Below are positions 1 through 13,500 of a stretch of DNA of 59,835 bases, piece by piece. The DNA comes from Dimargaris cristalligena (taxonomy: Eukaryota), in the NCBI GenBank assembly GCA_003614675.1, contig ML002246.1:1-59835 (forward strand), given 5' to 3'. The translations under genes were made by a program, and so were the position numbers. A model generated the notes under the pieces. That model was not told where the DNA came from. It saw only the letters and a list, made by a program, of their open reading frames with translations, and made no database searches. How positions within the stretch are numbered: position 1 is the first letter of the stretch; each line of letters opens with the position of its first letter.

Positions 1-1300
1 CAAAGGATAGGTAATACTTGGGTAACTAATAAATTCAATGTAAAATAATAAAAGGAAAAAGGGAAAGGGAGAAAGCTATTTTTAAGTATACTTTAAATAG
101 GGGTACAGTTGGGGCAGGGGCAGTGTGAATGCAGGGGTATCATCCAGTCAGGGGTAGGGGTGCATTATAGTTAAGGGTATATAATATACTAATAGAAAAA
201 ATACTATACTAATAAAAATAGAGGAAAAATGACTATACTCATCAGGGGCAGGGGCAGGGGCTTATTCACTCATCAGGGGTGGACTTCCGATAAGTGTGAA
301 AAATAGATAAAAAATAAAAGTAGGTAAAAATATAGTAAGTTCACCACACTGGGCCCCAATCCCACAGACCCCATACAGTACCATATTGGGGACTATATCT
401 TGGTCCAAGTTCCCCATAGGCCCCTGTCCCTACAAGCCCCCTTTAAACGCCCCATTACTATTAAAGGCATCCATAGTAGTAATATATACACTATTACCCC
501 TGCAGTCTATGATAAACACCTCCCATAGGAGTGAGTATCTAGTAACCAGATTATTCTATTTGTCAAAGGCCTCAGTGATGAGGCTCCAGTAGGAGAGGGT
601 GATGTCAGCTTTTCTAATCCAGCTTAATCTAGATATAGTGATTATCTGTCCCTACTAGGCCTTATAGTACCATATTAACCTTCCCATGGTTACCCCTATC
701 ACTATGGGATCACCCTATATCACATAACTATTTCCCTTCTGGACTCCTTGGTTTACACTAATCACTCCTGGCCTGATCTGATGACTCTTCCAGTTCCCAA
801 TAGAGTCTTCCAAGCCCTCACAACTATCCAGCTGGCTTATTTATCATACCATCATCTTAGTAATATCCTCCTTCAGGGACCTCCCTTTAGAGTCACCCCC
901 CATGTATATATAACTGGGCCCCACTGGGACCAGTTCAAGCCTTAGCTTATTCTTACCCCCTAGTTTATCCTAATAAACTCTATATATACTCACCCCCCTT
1001 ATATTAACTAGTAAGTGTGCCCCCTGCACATCCCTAGCCTGAACCTGTATTTATAGCCTTTATTAGTTAGTACTATGCCCCTACCTAATGCTAGGACCTG
1101 TTTAGCTAAGTCTAAGCCCCATCTATTGTTAGAAGCCTACCCCTGGGACTCTTGATAAACTAAGAGTAGTTAACTTAGGTAACAAGTGGATTTCTCTTAG
1201 ATGTGACTGTAATATGATTGGGGCTTTGTCAAGGGAAAATCAACATCTAACCATTGCCTAATGAAATATGACACTTCTTGTTTAAAATAAAAAGGGGAAA
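1..1300. repeat. CpG-depleted, TA-rich degenerate repeat/transposon-like relic (family not identified; runs off the left edge)
   Basis: I counted only two CG dinucleotides (at 288 and 448) in the first ~1.3 kb, whereas CG is common from ~1320 onward. Reading frames are broken by many TAG/TAA stops. A short direct repeat ACTCATCAGGGG occurs at ~237 and ~268. No transposase or RT motif was recognised. Confidence 0.5.
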
Positions 1301-1761
1301 GATGTACACATTGTCCCGGTCTACAGGCCAGACTTCTCGGGTTTTAGTGTGAAGAGGTACACGTGATAAACCCCCCACCACTTTGGTGATGAGCTCAGCC
1401 TCACTTCAGCACTGGTCATTTACACTAAGTCCGCTCTTGGGGGACATGAGGGAAAGGATCATATATCTAATATACATGGAAATCTGCTGGAGACTACGGA
1501 GAAAAAAAAACCAAAATAGTACTGGTCCTCCCCTCCATTTCATTCCAAGGTACGAGATTAAGACGTCGCCTGCACACCTTCCAACTCTAAACTGTTGCTT
1601 TATTTTATTTAACCTTGCGAACCTGAACCCACCTACCATTCCCAGTTACGCTTAATCTCTATTCACCGATCCGGTCCTCGCTCGCATCGCCATACCCCTC
1701 TAGCACATACCCCCCTTTCCCCCGAAGCTCCCGTTGAACCTCTGCCGCTATTGCCGCCACC

Positions 1762-2938
1762 ATGGGTGATTCCGTTGACCTAAAGTCGAGAAAAGTCAAG
1801 AAAGAGAAAAAGGACAAGAAACAGAAAGACAAGAAATCGAAGAAATCCAAGGCGGTTTCCTCGTCCGAGTCTAAACATACTGGTAGGTATTGTAGGAATA
1901 GGAACCCATTTACCCACTTTAGTGGCAATTATCTTAGTCGAATACCCTCGACCACCTACGAAGAATGCCGATGTAGCCGTGTTCACGGCACCAACCCAAT
2001 CTATTGTTACCATGCGTATTACCTGCCCAGTTTTAAATCAGCGATTACTATACCTGTGTATCGATTTGGGTATTCCGGTTCTACCAAAACCACCGCCCCA
2101 CAGATTCCGACTCCAGTCGCAAACGCAAGCGGAACGCATCCCCGGCGGATAACGTTGAGATTTGTAACAAGGAGTCGCCCAAAACCAATCCCAAAAAATC
2201 AAAGAAGAGTAAAAAGGATAAATCTGATAAAGAAAATCGCAAGAAAGCCAAAAAGGGGGCTAATCTGAATACCACCAAGGCACCGGCTCCGGAACAGTCT
2301 GACAAACCTAACACTGTCGAAGAGTCGAACCCCCCGCCCGCTCCGGTGAGTAACCTAATCCCTATTTATTTGCTAGATTTTGGCAATGATTGTGCCTGGA
2401 TCATTTTAAAAGTGGGATCTTCTCTTTATAGCAATTCATTGATGTCGTGCCACAGTGACCCACACCCCTTCCATTGCCCCTTCCCCGATGCTTGGCACCA
2501 GTATTGAAGGATTGCCCGCTAGCCCAACGGGGGCCGTACACTATACTAACCACCCAGTGCCTTGGTCCTTTGGTCCTAACGGTCGCCATTGATCTATTAT
2601 ACTGCCTCGTACATTTCGGTCCCGGCCAGATCCCCGAAGACGACCCCTTTGTGACCAAATCCAGCTGGACGGATTGGTCTCAGGCCGATTTTGGTGCGAA
2701 TGACAAACGCAAGAATAAGTTCCTCCGGCTTATGGGTGCCAAGAAGACCCCCGAGGTCAACCCGACCAATCCCAAAAAGAACCTTTTGGGAACTCTAGCG
2801 GGCGCCGGCAGTTCCGATACAACTGCCAGTCTCAGTCGGAGCGCTGTCGCCAAGGTTAATCAAAATTTGAGCCAGCAATTCACTCAGGGTTTGCAAATGC
2901 GCAAGAATCGCCAAGGGGGTTTGGGATTCAGTGGTTAA
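1762..2938 (+). CDS. Lysine-rich protein with C-terminal SMAP (small acidic protein-like) domain; KNOP1/C11orf58-like, probably nucleolar
   Basis: Predicted exons 1762-1882, 2104-2345, 2630-2938 (GT-AG). The N-terminus is K-rich (KKEKKDKKQKDKKSKKSK). The C-terminal WSQADFG..KRKNKFLRLMGAKK...LSQQFTQGL...GGLGF matches the SMAP signature. Confidence 0.8.
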
Positions 2939-3350
2939 TTCCCGGTAACTTTAATATCCTACTAGAGAGAGCACCCCTACTTAGTTTTTCCTCCGCCTAT
3001 TGTCATGAACCCCTCTTTATTTAGTTTAATGGCTACTCACTTATGTTTGCACCGTTTTATCCAACCAACCTTCAGTAGCGTAAAGGGGAGCGTCGTGGAA
3101 ATTTAACCTTATGTATCATTAAACCCCCCCCCATTATTTATACATGCTTTAAGCCATACTTGACCCGTTTTGTAATATACTATCTATTTGATTTGTTTAT
3201 TGTGACCCAACGGTAAAGGCGATGTTCGTCCGAATGCAGAGAGACGGTATGGGTGCGCTATGAATTGACTTTCTTTCTAGTCGTATATATTGTGAAGAAG
3301 TCGTGATCAGATACCATATACTATATAAGTTAAAGAACGGAGTGAATGAT

Positions 3351-4352
3351 TTACATTTGAAGCTTGCCCATCATATTCGTCAGATTTTCGCCATCGGTCT
3401 GCTCCGTAGATAATGGTGGTCTGGAGTTCCGGGGCCGTCGATTCGAGCGGTGGGATTTGGAGGAAACGACGGGCTTATCTGGCTCATTTAAGGGGGGTTT
3501 AGATAGAAAGCGGCGTTGGGGGGCAAGTGAACCCTGGTCTAGGTTATATTTCGGATGATGGCTACTTGGGTTTTTAGATTTAGGGTGGGGTTCCGAGGGT
3601 CGCCGAGGACCAGTGGGCCGGTTTTGGGATGCTGAGTGGTGGTTGGGGATGACCAGTGGCGTCTTTGACAGGGGTTGAACAGGTGGGATCCGCCAGTTGT
3701 CTACAGCCGAATTAGCGGTGGAGCTGGTTTCCGACCCCGAGCGATTGGCTCTAGTATTATTGCTGCCAGTCGCTGTCTGGTCGCGGGAAAGTGGGGGGCG
3801 GTTACCAAATAATGCCGCTTGAAGGGCGGAAGCCGCTAGTGGGTTACGTACTCCCCCTATTCCACCGGGCTGCTTACGAGTAGGGGTAGCGGGCTGAAAA
3901 CGGGGTGACCGGGTCTGGCTAAGAGCGGCGGGTAAAGTCGTAGTGGCAGTAGAGTCGGTTGAGTTTGAAGTGCTCCGACTGGTGAGATCGCCATGAGGGG
4001 AGGTTGGCTCAAATGTTGGCGGATCAACAACAGCCCCCGGCCGAGTAATGATGGCGGACAATGGTGAATGGTTGTTGTTGTTGTTGCTGCTGCTGCTGTT
4101 ATTGACGGTCGAGGAACGAATTCGACTTGTCGCAGGGGATGCAGGCGCCGAGCGAGGGCCACCGCTAGCGTGGGGTGGTCGGTACCTTGGCACATCTTCG
4201 GGTGGCACATAGCCTGCCCGGACGACCCGCTCTTTACGAACGCTGCCGTCAGCGCGTCGACTGGCTGGAATCACGCGAATTTGACCTTGCTGGGTGTCTA
4301 ACGAGACAATACCCGATGAAGACGAAGTGGGAACGGGCGTGTGGTCGGCCAT
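3351..4352 (-). CDS. PYM1: Partner of Y14 and mago (PYM1/WIBG) family protein, with Mago-binding N-terminal domain and disordered tail
   Basis: Single ORF with ATG at 4352. IPASRRADGSVRKERVVRAGYVPPEDVPRY is the Mago-bind motif, and the remainder is S/T/P/N low complexity. Confidence 0.8.
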   Translation of the reverse strand: MADHTPVPTSSSSGIVSLDTQQGQIRVIPASRRADGSVRKERVVRAGYVPPEDVPRYRPPHASGGPRSAPASPATSRIRSSTVNNSSSSNNNNNHSPLSAIITRPGAVVDPPTFEPTSPHGDLTSRSTSNSTDSTATTTLPAALSQTRSPRFQPATPTRKQPGGIGGVRNPLAASALQAALFGNRPPLSRDQTATGSNNTRANRSGSETSSTANSAVDNWRIPPVQPLSKTPLVIPNHHSASQNRPTGPRRPSEPHPKSKNPSSHHPKYNLDQGSLAPQRRFLSKPPLNEPDKPVVSSKSHRSNRRPRNSRPPLSTEQTDGENLTNMMGKLQM

Positions 4353-5252
4353 TCTCAACCAAGGGTCGGCAATTAAATTCAGCCAGGAAAAGAGTAAGGG
4401 TAAGAAAAGAACGAGGGAATGGGGGTTTGTAGCACGGCGGTTTTGGTTCCTTGGTTATCATCGAGGTTATGGCGGGGTTCTGGGTAGCAACTGTCCAATG
4501 GGAAAAATAATATACAAATTGGCCAGACCAGTCACCCGGGCGGCCAAACACGAACAGGCATTATAATTGGCAATGGAGTTGAAAAGGTATGACTTGGGGT
4601 TTCTCAATAAGGCTATAGTTGGTCAAGTAGCTGGGACTGATTTAACGCTTGTGCTACGTACGGCATTATCCTAAAGGACACCACTATGGGGTGTGGGCAG
4701 AGTGTGCTTTGTACCCAGCGGATTCAGATTCCGCCCTGGTCACGTGGAGTTTCGGGCCCAGCGATTAGGAAGGTGGTTAAGGGATGAAGCAATAGTCTGT
4801 TCCTCCCCACTCTTATCCACAACTGAGGAACAGCCTCCGTAAATGCTGTTATAGTATTGACCTTAAACTGTCAAAGGACTGGCCTTTTTTCGCTTGTCTT
4901 TTGCCTACTAAGAAATACTCGCTGCTTCGTCGGCCCGAAACCTCTTCCCCATGCCCTATACTATATACAGCCTACTCTTTCTCTTTGCGCTACTGCTCTC
5001 GTCTAAGCCTCACTAGTCGTCGCCAGCAACCTATACCATTTGCAAGCTCCATCACAGCAATTGGTTATTTTATATATATATACCTACATACAAAAAAACC
5101 TCCGCACAACCCCCCGTGGGCATTTATAACCTTCGCCCCCGCTCACCTGTATACTAGTCTAACTAAATCCCATTGACTTGGTTGACACCTAGTCTAGCTG
5201 GTGTTGCGACTTGTCGGAAGCGAACCCAGCGTTCTAAATACCCAACGTACCC

Positions 5253-8200
5253 ATGGACGAAGCGACTCAGCCCACGCAACCCACCCAGGAGACACCCTCC
5301 GACTACTCCCGCTACGGCCCGACTGGACTTGAGCCGTCCAACCCCACTACTGGGACCGGTCGGGGGCTGTCGGTACCGATTGTGAATACCCTCGTGGCTC
5401 GACTGGTACCACTCAAACCCGCCGTCCCCGCCGCTAACTTGCTACTAGGGAAGCTAGTACAGGGCTACCAGCTCGGCCGTGACCCCACTAGCGACATCCG
5501 AGTTGTTGATCTCGCCGTTAGTCAATCCCATTGTCGCATATTTACGGTAAGCATATAGGTGGTGGGGTGTTGACGGTGGCCGCAGTCCTAGGGGTTCGGT
5601 GATTAAATCAGATTCTGTGCGCACTGTTGTGGTACATGGCATTATTTCAGGCTGATTTGGGGGACCCTGTAATTGGCCACTGAATAACTAAGGTACTAAA
5701 CCATTGCGCAACCTAATGCCATTATTTTTCGCACATTAATTCCACTAGGATACCACCATCGCCAAATTTAACCCCGACCAGCCCCTATCCGTATTTATTC
5801 AGGACATGAGGTAAGTGGCCATTCTCGGCTCACCCAGCTCTACTGCACTAAGTACCTGCTTTGTGGTTTTCTATTAAATAATGATAGGAACACCACGGTG
5901 CCACTTTACACCCAATCCGTTTATGCGCCTGCTACGAGTTTCTAGACAAGCCTTGCAGCATCCGTAAATGTGCCTTAGCCATTACGTGTATTCAGCTCCG
6001 ATTGACCCATGTGCCTCACTTTCTACTCCATCTAGCCTAAACGGGACCATTATCAATGGAACTATTCTAGGAAAAAACAATCGAACTCTTCTTATGCATG
6101 GTGATACTATTCGAGTAACCCAACGTACAGCCGAGGATCTGTCCCAGGATGCAGGTAGGTCCGACGCACTCCACGCCTTTATATTGCCAAATATACTAGA
6201 CTGTTTAGAATTCAACCTAGAACCACTATATCCACTGAACCCGTGACCCCCCGGGGGCATCACACCAAACCCTCGAATTTACATGCTAAATTAAATCACA
6301 GCATTAATGACGCCTGCTTATGTTTTATAATACCTACGCATTAATGACCAAACGCCGATATTTAGACTACATTTATCAGTCAATTTCTTTGGGTGCCGAC
6401 ACTAGTCCCCAGATGCTCTCAGATTTCGTAAGTCACAATTCTTTACTCATGCAATATCCGTCGCTAACATAGGCCCCCGCTCGAGCACTGGGGCATCCAC
6501 CAAGACTCTCGACTCAAACTCAATCTGGCCAACACTTATATATTCCTCGTTTTGTAAATGACTATACCCGAACGCTTAGCAATGTCCCGAGCTCCTACGG
6601 AAATACGACGTCAAGCATAGCGTGGGATCGTAAGTAATCTATACCTGGCCCGGTCTTGCAATATTTGATGATTTACCTTATTAATGCCCAATATTGTCGT
6701 TAAATAGAGACGTTCATCTCACCCCTGCCCTTCTTGGTCCGACTCTTTTTATAAATTGTATATACTGACAATCCTTCAGAGGTAATTTTTCGGTCGTCAA
6801 ATTGTCAATTGAAAAGTCCACGGGGAACCGCTACGCTTGTAAAATTATCCGAAAGCGCAAATTCAGCCTACAACCCAAAGTGCTCCAATCATTTACTCGG
6901 GAGGTACGTTTCAAATCAGTGAGCCCAGTTCATATCCATACAAATGTGGCTCAGACAATCGGCCAATACTGGCCGATGCTTCATTGTGGTTAACCCACCA
7001 AGTTTACCCCCTGCACTATCAATAAGAACCATTGATTTACGTCGCTCTAACCCCGATGCACATTCTCGTATTGATTTGTCTTTGATCAACCGCTTCTAGG
7101 TCGCAATCCTGAAAACCATTACACACGTAAGTCTATGTGGCAATAAGAATAGACCTACGACTTACCATATACTTGGCCCATGAATAGTTTTGACCAGTAC
7201 TCTACTATTCCAAGTGGTAGTGGTCGATAATGCCCAATGTTATCAATCTAGCTAACTCTCTATCACTTCATGTATTACATATGCTCAATACCTGCTCTTT
7301 TCCCCATTGCCGCCGGGCTCATCCGTGCCCCAGCCTAATATTATATTTTACCATGAAGTGTACGAAAACGATCAGTACCTCTGCATCCTCACCGAATTTG
7401 TTCAGGGCGGGGACCTGCTCTCGTACGTCACCGACAGAGGCCATCTAACCGAGGACGAGGGGCGGTGCATATTTTACCAACTGGCCTCCGCCATCGAGTA
7501 CCTACACAACAAAGGTATCACCCATCGCGATCTTAAACCCGAAAATATTATGATGGCGGAGGACAATTCGCTGGTTAAATTGACGGATTTCGGCCTTGCT
7601 AAACACCTCAACGAAAATACATTCGTGGCTACCATGTGCGGCACCCCCAACTACCTCGCACCCGAGATTATTGCCCCTCTCGACGGGAGTCCCAAGTACA
7701 ACAAGCTGGTTGATATGTGGTCCTTAGGGGTGATTTTGTACCACATGCTAACCGGCCAGCTACCTTTCGAGGGCCAGAACCAACAGGAATTGTACCGCCA
7801 AATTACGTCGGGGATCTATAATGGCAGCGACCCCCAGTATCGTCGGCTCAGCCCGGAGGCTCGGGGACTGATCGCCGAAATGCTCAAAGTCCAACCGCGG
7901 GAACGCCTACCCATTGACCAGGCCCTGATTCAGCCCTGGCTCTACATCGGGCCGGCCCGGTCAAGCTGGGGATCCCTCCGGGTACTTAGTGACGGAGAGT
8001 TAATTCGGAAGGATCCGTTGCGCCAGGCGATTATTACAATTGGGCGGGGCCTGAACACCCAACTACAGTTGGCTAATGCGTGCATCAGTAAACTCCACTG
8101 CGTGGTACTATACAATGGCCGCACGGTGCTGCTCAAGAACTCGAGTCGGAACGATATAGAGGTCAATGGGGTGACACTTGATACTATGCGGCTCGTGATT

Positions 8201-9780
8201 CTCAAAGACGGAGACGTGATTGAACTCTTCCCCGATCGTAAATCTGGCCAAGGTAGGTGCCAAACACAACATTATATATATATAACTTATGCGAAAGGAC
8301 CACACGCCTAGTTTATAGGTTATGGTATTAAGAAGGGGGGAGGTGCCATAAGAGCTAGAATCAGAAAGAGGAGATGTTTTCCGCCAACGAATTGCACTTG
8401 GGTCGCGGCTACTTACGGACTATCTTTCCACAACCGCATACTTGTCCTACTATAATATTTTTCCATTATAATTATACTACTTAACCCAACTGCCAGGCCA
8501 ATTAAGACTGGAATTACGCTTACAAACCGAGAGGACATCAGAATCCCCCCCACCTATTCAGGGACCCAATGGACACGCCACTCACTCCCGATCGACCACC
8601 GTTAGCCATCGCCAACGATCACGAGAGCCCCCTGCATGCGACCGAGCACCTGCATTACCCAGTCTTAAACGCCCATCAACCGACGAACTGGACCTTGATA
8701 CCCATCATTTCAAAATCCCGTGTATACGGTATAGGGAAGCTAAGTTGGATACCACCCTCGTGCACGAGTCTAAATCTGCCCAAACCGGTACTACTGCCGT
8801 CCCCGACTCCAACTCACACTCACATTCCCGGTCTTGTTCCAATGTATCCTCGGCTTCCCTCGGCGTGGACCCACATCCTTGGTTACACCTAGTCTCGTTG
8901 GTACCCACCAAGTGTCCGGATGTACGCATCACCACCCCGCAGGCCATACTCGGTCGCGCGGCAGTGTGCCATCCCAATACCCGGTACAAAACTACTGTGG
9001 CGAGTAGCCGACATTGTTACATTCGGCGAACTAGACCAAAGCGCAATGAAATCCCCCCCGATGACAACATTCCCATTGATGCGTGGTCTAACTATGAACG
9101 GGATGGTATGAGCGACGATGATGGGGATGGTATCAATAATGACCATGATAATGACGATGGTGATGGCGATGGTGAAGATGGTGACGACGATGATGAGGAT
9201 GATGATAATGTCTATGCAGTTGATGGAACTGGTGCTGGGGCTGGTGATCGTCGGGGGCGGTCCGCCAAAGTATTGGGCTGGATTATCGATAATAGTAGTA
9301 ACGGTACCTACCTCAATGGAGAGCGGATTCCTGCCCATTTTTGGTATCCCCTGTGTGAAGGCGATTGGATTACGGTGGCCTATCATCCGGACTGGTACCA
9401 ACGGCTCGGCAAATATCACGGGCATAACAATAGCCATGCGTCCGAACCACCCGGCTTGACATCGACCTCGGCTATCGGTAAGTAACCTCATTCAACTCCC
9501 TCCTTTTTGTGGCTACGGTTAGCTGAATATATCATGGCGATGCATTCTACTAGATACTTTAGAGGGTTAGCCATATTCCTACTTGGTCGGGATTACAAGC
9601 ACAATAGCCAAACATATACGCCACTGCAAATAATGACCAACGCTATGTAACCACCTAATTGCCCAAACTAACCATCATACCATGTACATATGTGTACATA
9701 CCTATGTGCGAATAACTGGATTCAATTTAACGGACAACTACTATTCTATAGATATCGGGTACAAAGTCCAGTTTAAATAG
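5253..9780 (+). CDS. RAD53: Rad53/Chk2/Cds1-family checkpoint Ser/Thr kinase: TQ cluster - FHA1 - kinase - FHA2 - FHA3
   Basis: Predicted exons 5253-5546, 5749-5810, 6036-6154, 6366-6427, 6580-6629, 6780-6903, 7100-7126, 7334-8252, 8497-9477, 9752-9780, all GT-AG and frame-consistent. N-terminal ATQPTQPTQ. FHA1: LGRD..VSQSHC..DMSLNGT. Kinase: GSGNFSVV, YACKII, HRDLKPEN, DFG, CGTPNYLAPE. FHA2: IGRG..ISKLHC..SRND. FHA3: LGRA..SSRHC..SSNGTYLNG. Confidence 0.85.
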
Positions 9781-10591
9781 TCCCATATTCAGAAACTCCA
9801 CGATGGATCGCAACGCTTTATTCCCTAAATTATACGCCCCTTATAAAAAATATAATACATGTCATTCGGGATTTATCTTTGACCCCAATTGACCAATAAT
9901 TACTTATTGCTCAAACGCCATAATAATACGATGATAATGATTTACTTTACCCTTAAAACATCGCGCAACTATAGGAATTTTGACCTTTTTCACTCCCCTT
10001 TTTTGTACTGTGTATTCATCTTCCCCATGTAGCTAATCCTGATAATAAACATAGTAATGTGTATTTGACATTCGGCATTCGACACCACACCCATTAACCA
10101 CATATGTACAACTGAATTTCGATTGTGAAATATACCTAGTTAATTTAAATATAGCGAGTTCGTTTAAAATATCGCATTATTTTTTCCATTCCGTAACAGC
10201 GAAAAATATGAAGAAGTTCTTAATAATACAAGTATGTCGAGTTTCTCAGAAAACTATAAAAATAAAGCGAATAATAAGATAAATGTGACTGACAATCGAA
10301 ACTGAAACTAATGTTCGAATAATTTAAAGCGTCCATGATCTATAAGATGACATAATAAATATAACCACTCACACAGACATACATATATCAAATAAACCAA
10401 ACGTAAAGCAAAGATCCTGAAAGTCGGGCATTAATTAGGCGGCAACACAATGTCCAAAGTAGGGGCCGCCATTTATTGGGGGTGGGTGCAAAAGACATGA
10501 GAGTCGCGGGCTTCGGAAAGGTGGTACTGCGCGGTAGGATGGGGTCATTGGATCCACATTACGGGTAAACGGGTTTCATTTTTATCTTCCA

Positions 10592-13500
10592 TTAGAGACG
10601 AGGGGCGGAAGGGCGGTCACCAGAGGAAGGATTCGAGCGGTTCATGCTACGCACGGATGGCGCGTAAGAATAACGGATCGAAAGGGAGGATTGGTGGTGC
10701 TGGGAGTAAGCAAACCCAGTATTGGGCTGCGATTTACCCGATTTCATAAAATAGAGCGTCTTCTCCTTGAGTTTATGCATGGCTGACCGGAACGGGCCGC
10801 GGTGCTTGGTGGTGCGCTGTCGGCGGATCGACGGGTGAAGCGAAGTGATTGTCGACATGCGCCGGAGTTGGTTAATCAGAGCAGGGTCGCTCTGTTCCCC
10901 CATATCGTCATCGGGATAGGCGGCGACAGAGGACCTACGGTCACCCCCACTAGCAGGGGACATATGGCTGAGGTGGGGCGAGTAACCAACCAGACCGGGC
11001 AACCCAACATGGGACCCGGGGGGTGTCGTACCCCGGTGAATCGAGATGGAGTCGGGGGTATCGGCCACCATGGCCTGCGGGGCAGTCAGCGGGATACACT
11101 GCGGGGACAAGGGCGCGGATTTCTTGCGGATCAGACTGTGAGCAGAGTGACCAACTGGTTCCCGGTCAGGGCCATTCGCTGTTGCACGACAGGAATCACG
11201 CACAGAGTCGGGAGTCGGGCTGGGGCGACTGTACAAGCGGCTGTAGAGGTGGACCACTTCGCGTACAATGTCCGCGTCGCTGGGGAAGAAGGTCTGACTG
11301 ATAAACTTGATGAAGAAGCGCGGCAACATGCAGAGAATGAGAACGATAGCCAGCACGAAGTAAAAGTTGCCCTGGGTGTAGATTTGCACGTCCATATGGT
11401 AAAGCGCCGAAACATCCAACTGGCAGTAAATGCCCAGGAACAGGGAGAGGGACAGTGTGCTCAAGGTCACCACGACCGGAATAATCCAGGTCCAGTTCAT
11501 CGTGTTAAGGGCCACGTAAAGGTTGGCGGCACAAACCACCCCAATCGAAATGATGGTACCCACTTCATTGAGCTCTGTGTCGTCGAGACCGGATGAGTGG
11601 GCCGAGGCAGTTAGATTATATACATAAAACGGGATCAGCACACAGACTAGCGACTGATAAATGCCGTCAAAGATGTGCATCCAGAATCGCCGCATATTGA
11701 ACTCGGTGCCCTTAATACCACCCATGTAGAGTTGAGGAACAGCCATGGACACATCCGCCGCGACGTCCTGGTCCAGGACTCCCAGAACCAGCACGGGGAT
11801 GGAGGTGAAGGCCAGGTTGTAAAACATCATAAGGGCGTAGTCGAACAAGAAGGTCAGGGAGAATCCGCACCAGAGCTGGAACCAGAACAGGGCAAAGGTC
11901 CAGATAATGTTCTTGTAGAAGAAGATCATAATCATGTTCGCCACCCGAATGTAGGACCACCGGCCATGCACTAGGAGTAGCTTCTGCAGGTACCGGAATT
12001 GGGCAATCGAGTAGTCACTAGCCAGGACGGCCTGCAAACCCTCCTCGCCCGCGATACCCACACCGATGTCGGCTTCCTGGATCATACTCACGTCGTTGGC
12101 ACCATCACCAATCGCCAGGCAGAGGACCTTGAGGTTCTGTTTGACGCACCGTACGACAAGAGCCTTCTGCAGGGGAGATACGCGGCAGCACACCACCGCT
12201 TCGCACATCTGGGCCACCTGGAGAAAGAGTTTTTCCAGGGCTGGCTCCAAGGCGTACTTGAGCGACTCGCCGTCAATGATGAGAGCCAGCGGCTTATTGT
12301 TGCCCTCGGCGTCCAAACCGGGCTCTTCTTCGACTCCGTGTGAAGGATTCAGGCCGGAGTGGATGCCACCACCCGAAGAGTGGCTCCCAGAGTACGGCCC
12401 ACGGATTCGCCCCTGTTCGAAACCGAACTTGTCCAGGGCTTCCTGCAGCTGAGTCTGCGTGGAGGTGGTATCTGTCCCCGTGACCACAATGAGCTGCATG
12501 CCCTCATGCAGGAGATTACATGAGAAACCAATATTGATGGCCGTTTCGGTCTTGTCACCGGTTAGTACCCAGATTTTGAGACCGGCGCAGGCAAGCTGGG
12601 CAATGGCTTCGGGAACACCATCCTGCAGACGATCCTCAATGGCAGTGCCGCCCACGAGGGTCAGGGAGTGTTCAATCTTTTCGGATACGTCATCAATGGC
12701 CTCCTCACGGCCATCCAGGAGATTGCAGGCCTCCATATAGTCGTGGGCCCACGCGTCGTACTCTTCGTCGGGGATGATGCGGTAGCCCAGGCATAGGGTA
12801 CGGAGACCGGTAGTAGCGAAGTACTTAAGGTGCTCCAGGGTAGTCTCCTTGACTTCGACCTGGCCCGCGCGTAAACGCTGGAAGATGATACTGTCGGCCC
12901 CTTTGGAGAAGAGCACGATGCGACCATCCGAGCGCTGCACAATGACCGACATACGCTTGCGAGTACTGTTGAACTCCAGCACATTCAGGAGCTTAAACTG
13001 CTGGGGTCGCCCCAGGAATTCACACCGGATAGTATCTTGCTCGCGCCCCAAGAAGGTGAAACCAGAGTTGCGGGCGGCCGAGACTAAAGCGGCCTCGTCG
13101 GGGGACTGGGCCTTGTAGATGATTTTGTTGGGGTTGTCCGGGTCGGGGCGCTCGGCAAGTACGGAATGGCACACGGCCAGAATGGTGAAGAATTCCACCA
13201 CCGCACGGGCCTGACCTCCGTCAGCGGCCAAGTGGCGAAACAATTTAACGTCGACAAAGGTCACGTCGTCGTGGTCAAAGTAGGGGTTGTCAAACATAGC
13301 CTGCATGTCGTGGAGCATGAGTGACTTGGTCTGATCAAAGGTGGGCTTGCCCGAGCCCCAGGGCAAGGACGGGTCGACAGGACTGCGCACGGAAATGTGG
13401 GACATATTCAAATGAGACTCGGATGTCGACACCTGCAGGGTCTGGTTGGGGGGGAAATTACCGTGGTCAATTATTCCGGATCGGGTGCTGGGGTCCTGCG

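Noticed and set aside
236-281. Two CTGATGAG words on the minus strand, resembling tandem hammerhead ribozyme cores
   Set aside because: No stem II-GAAA-stem III follows either word. They are better explained as a short repeat in CpG-eroded sequence.
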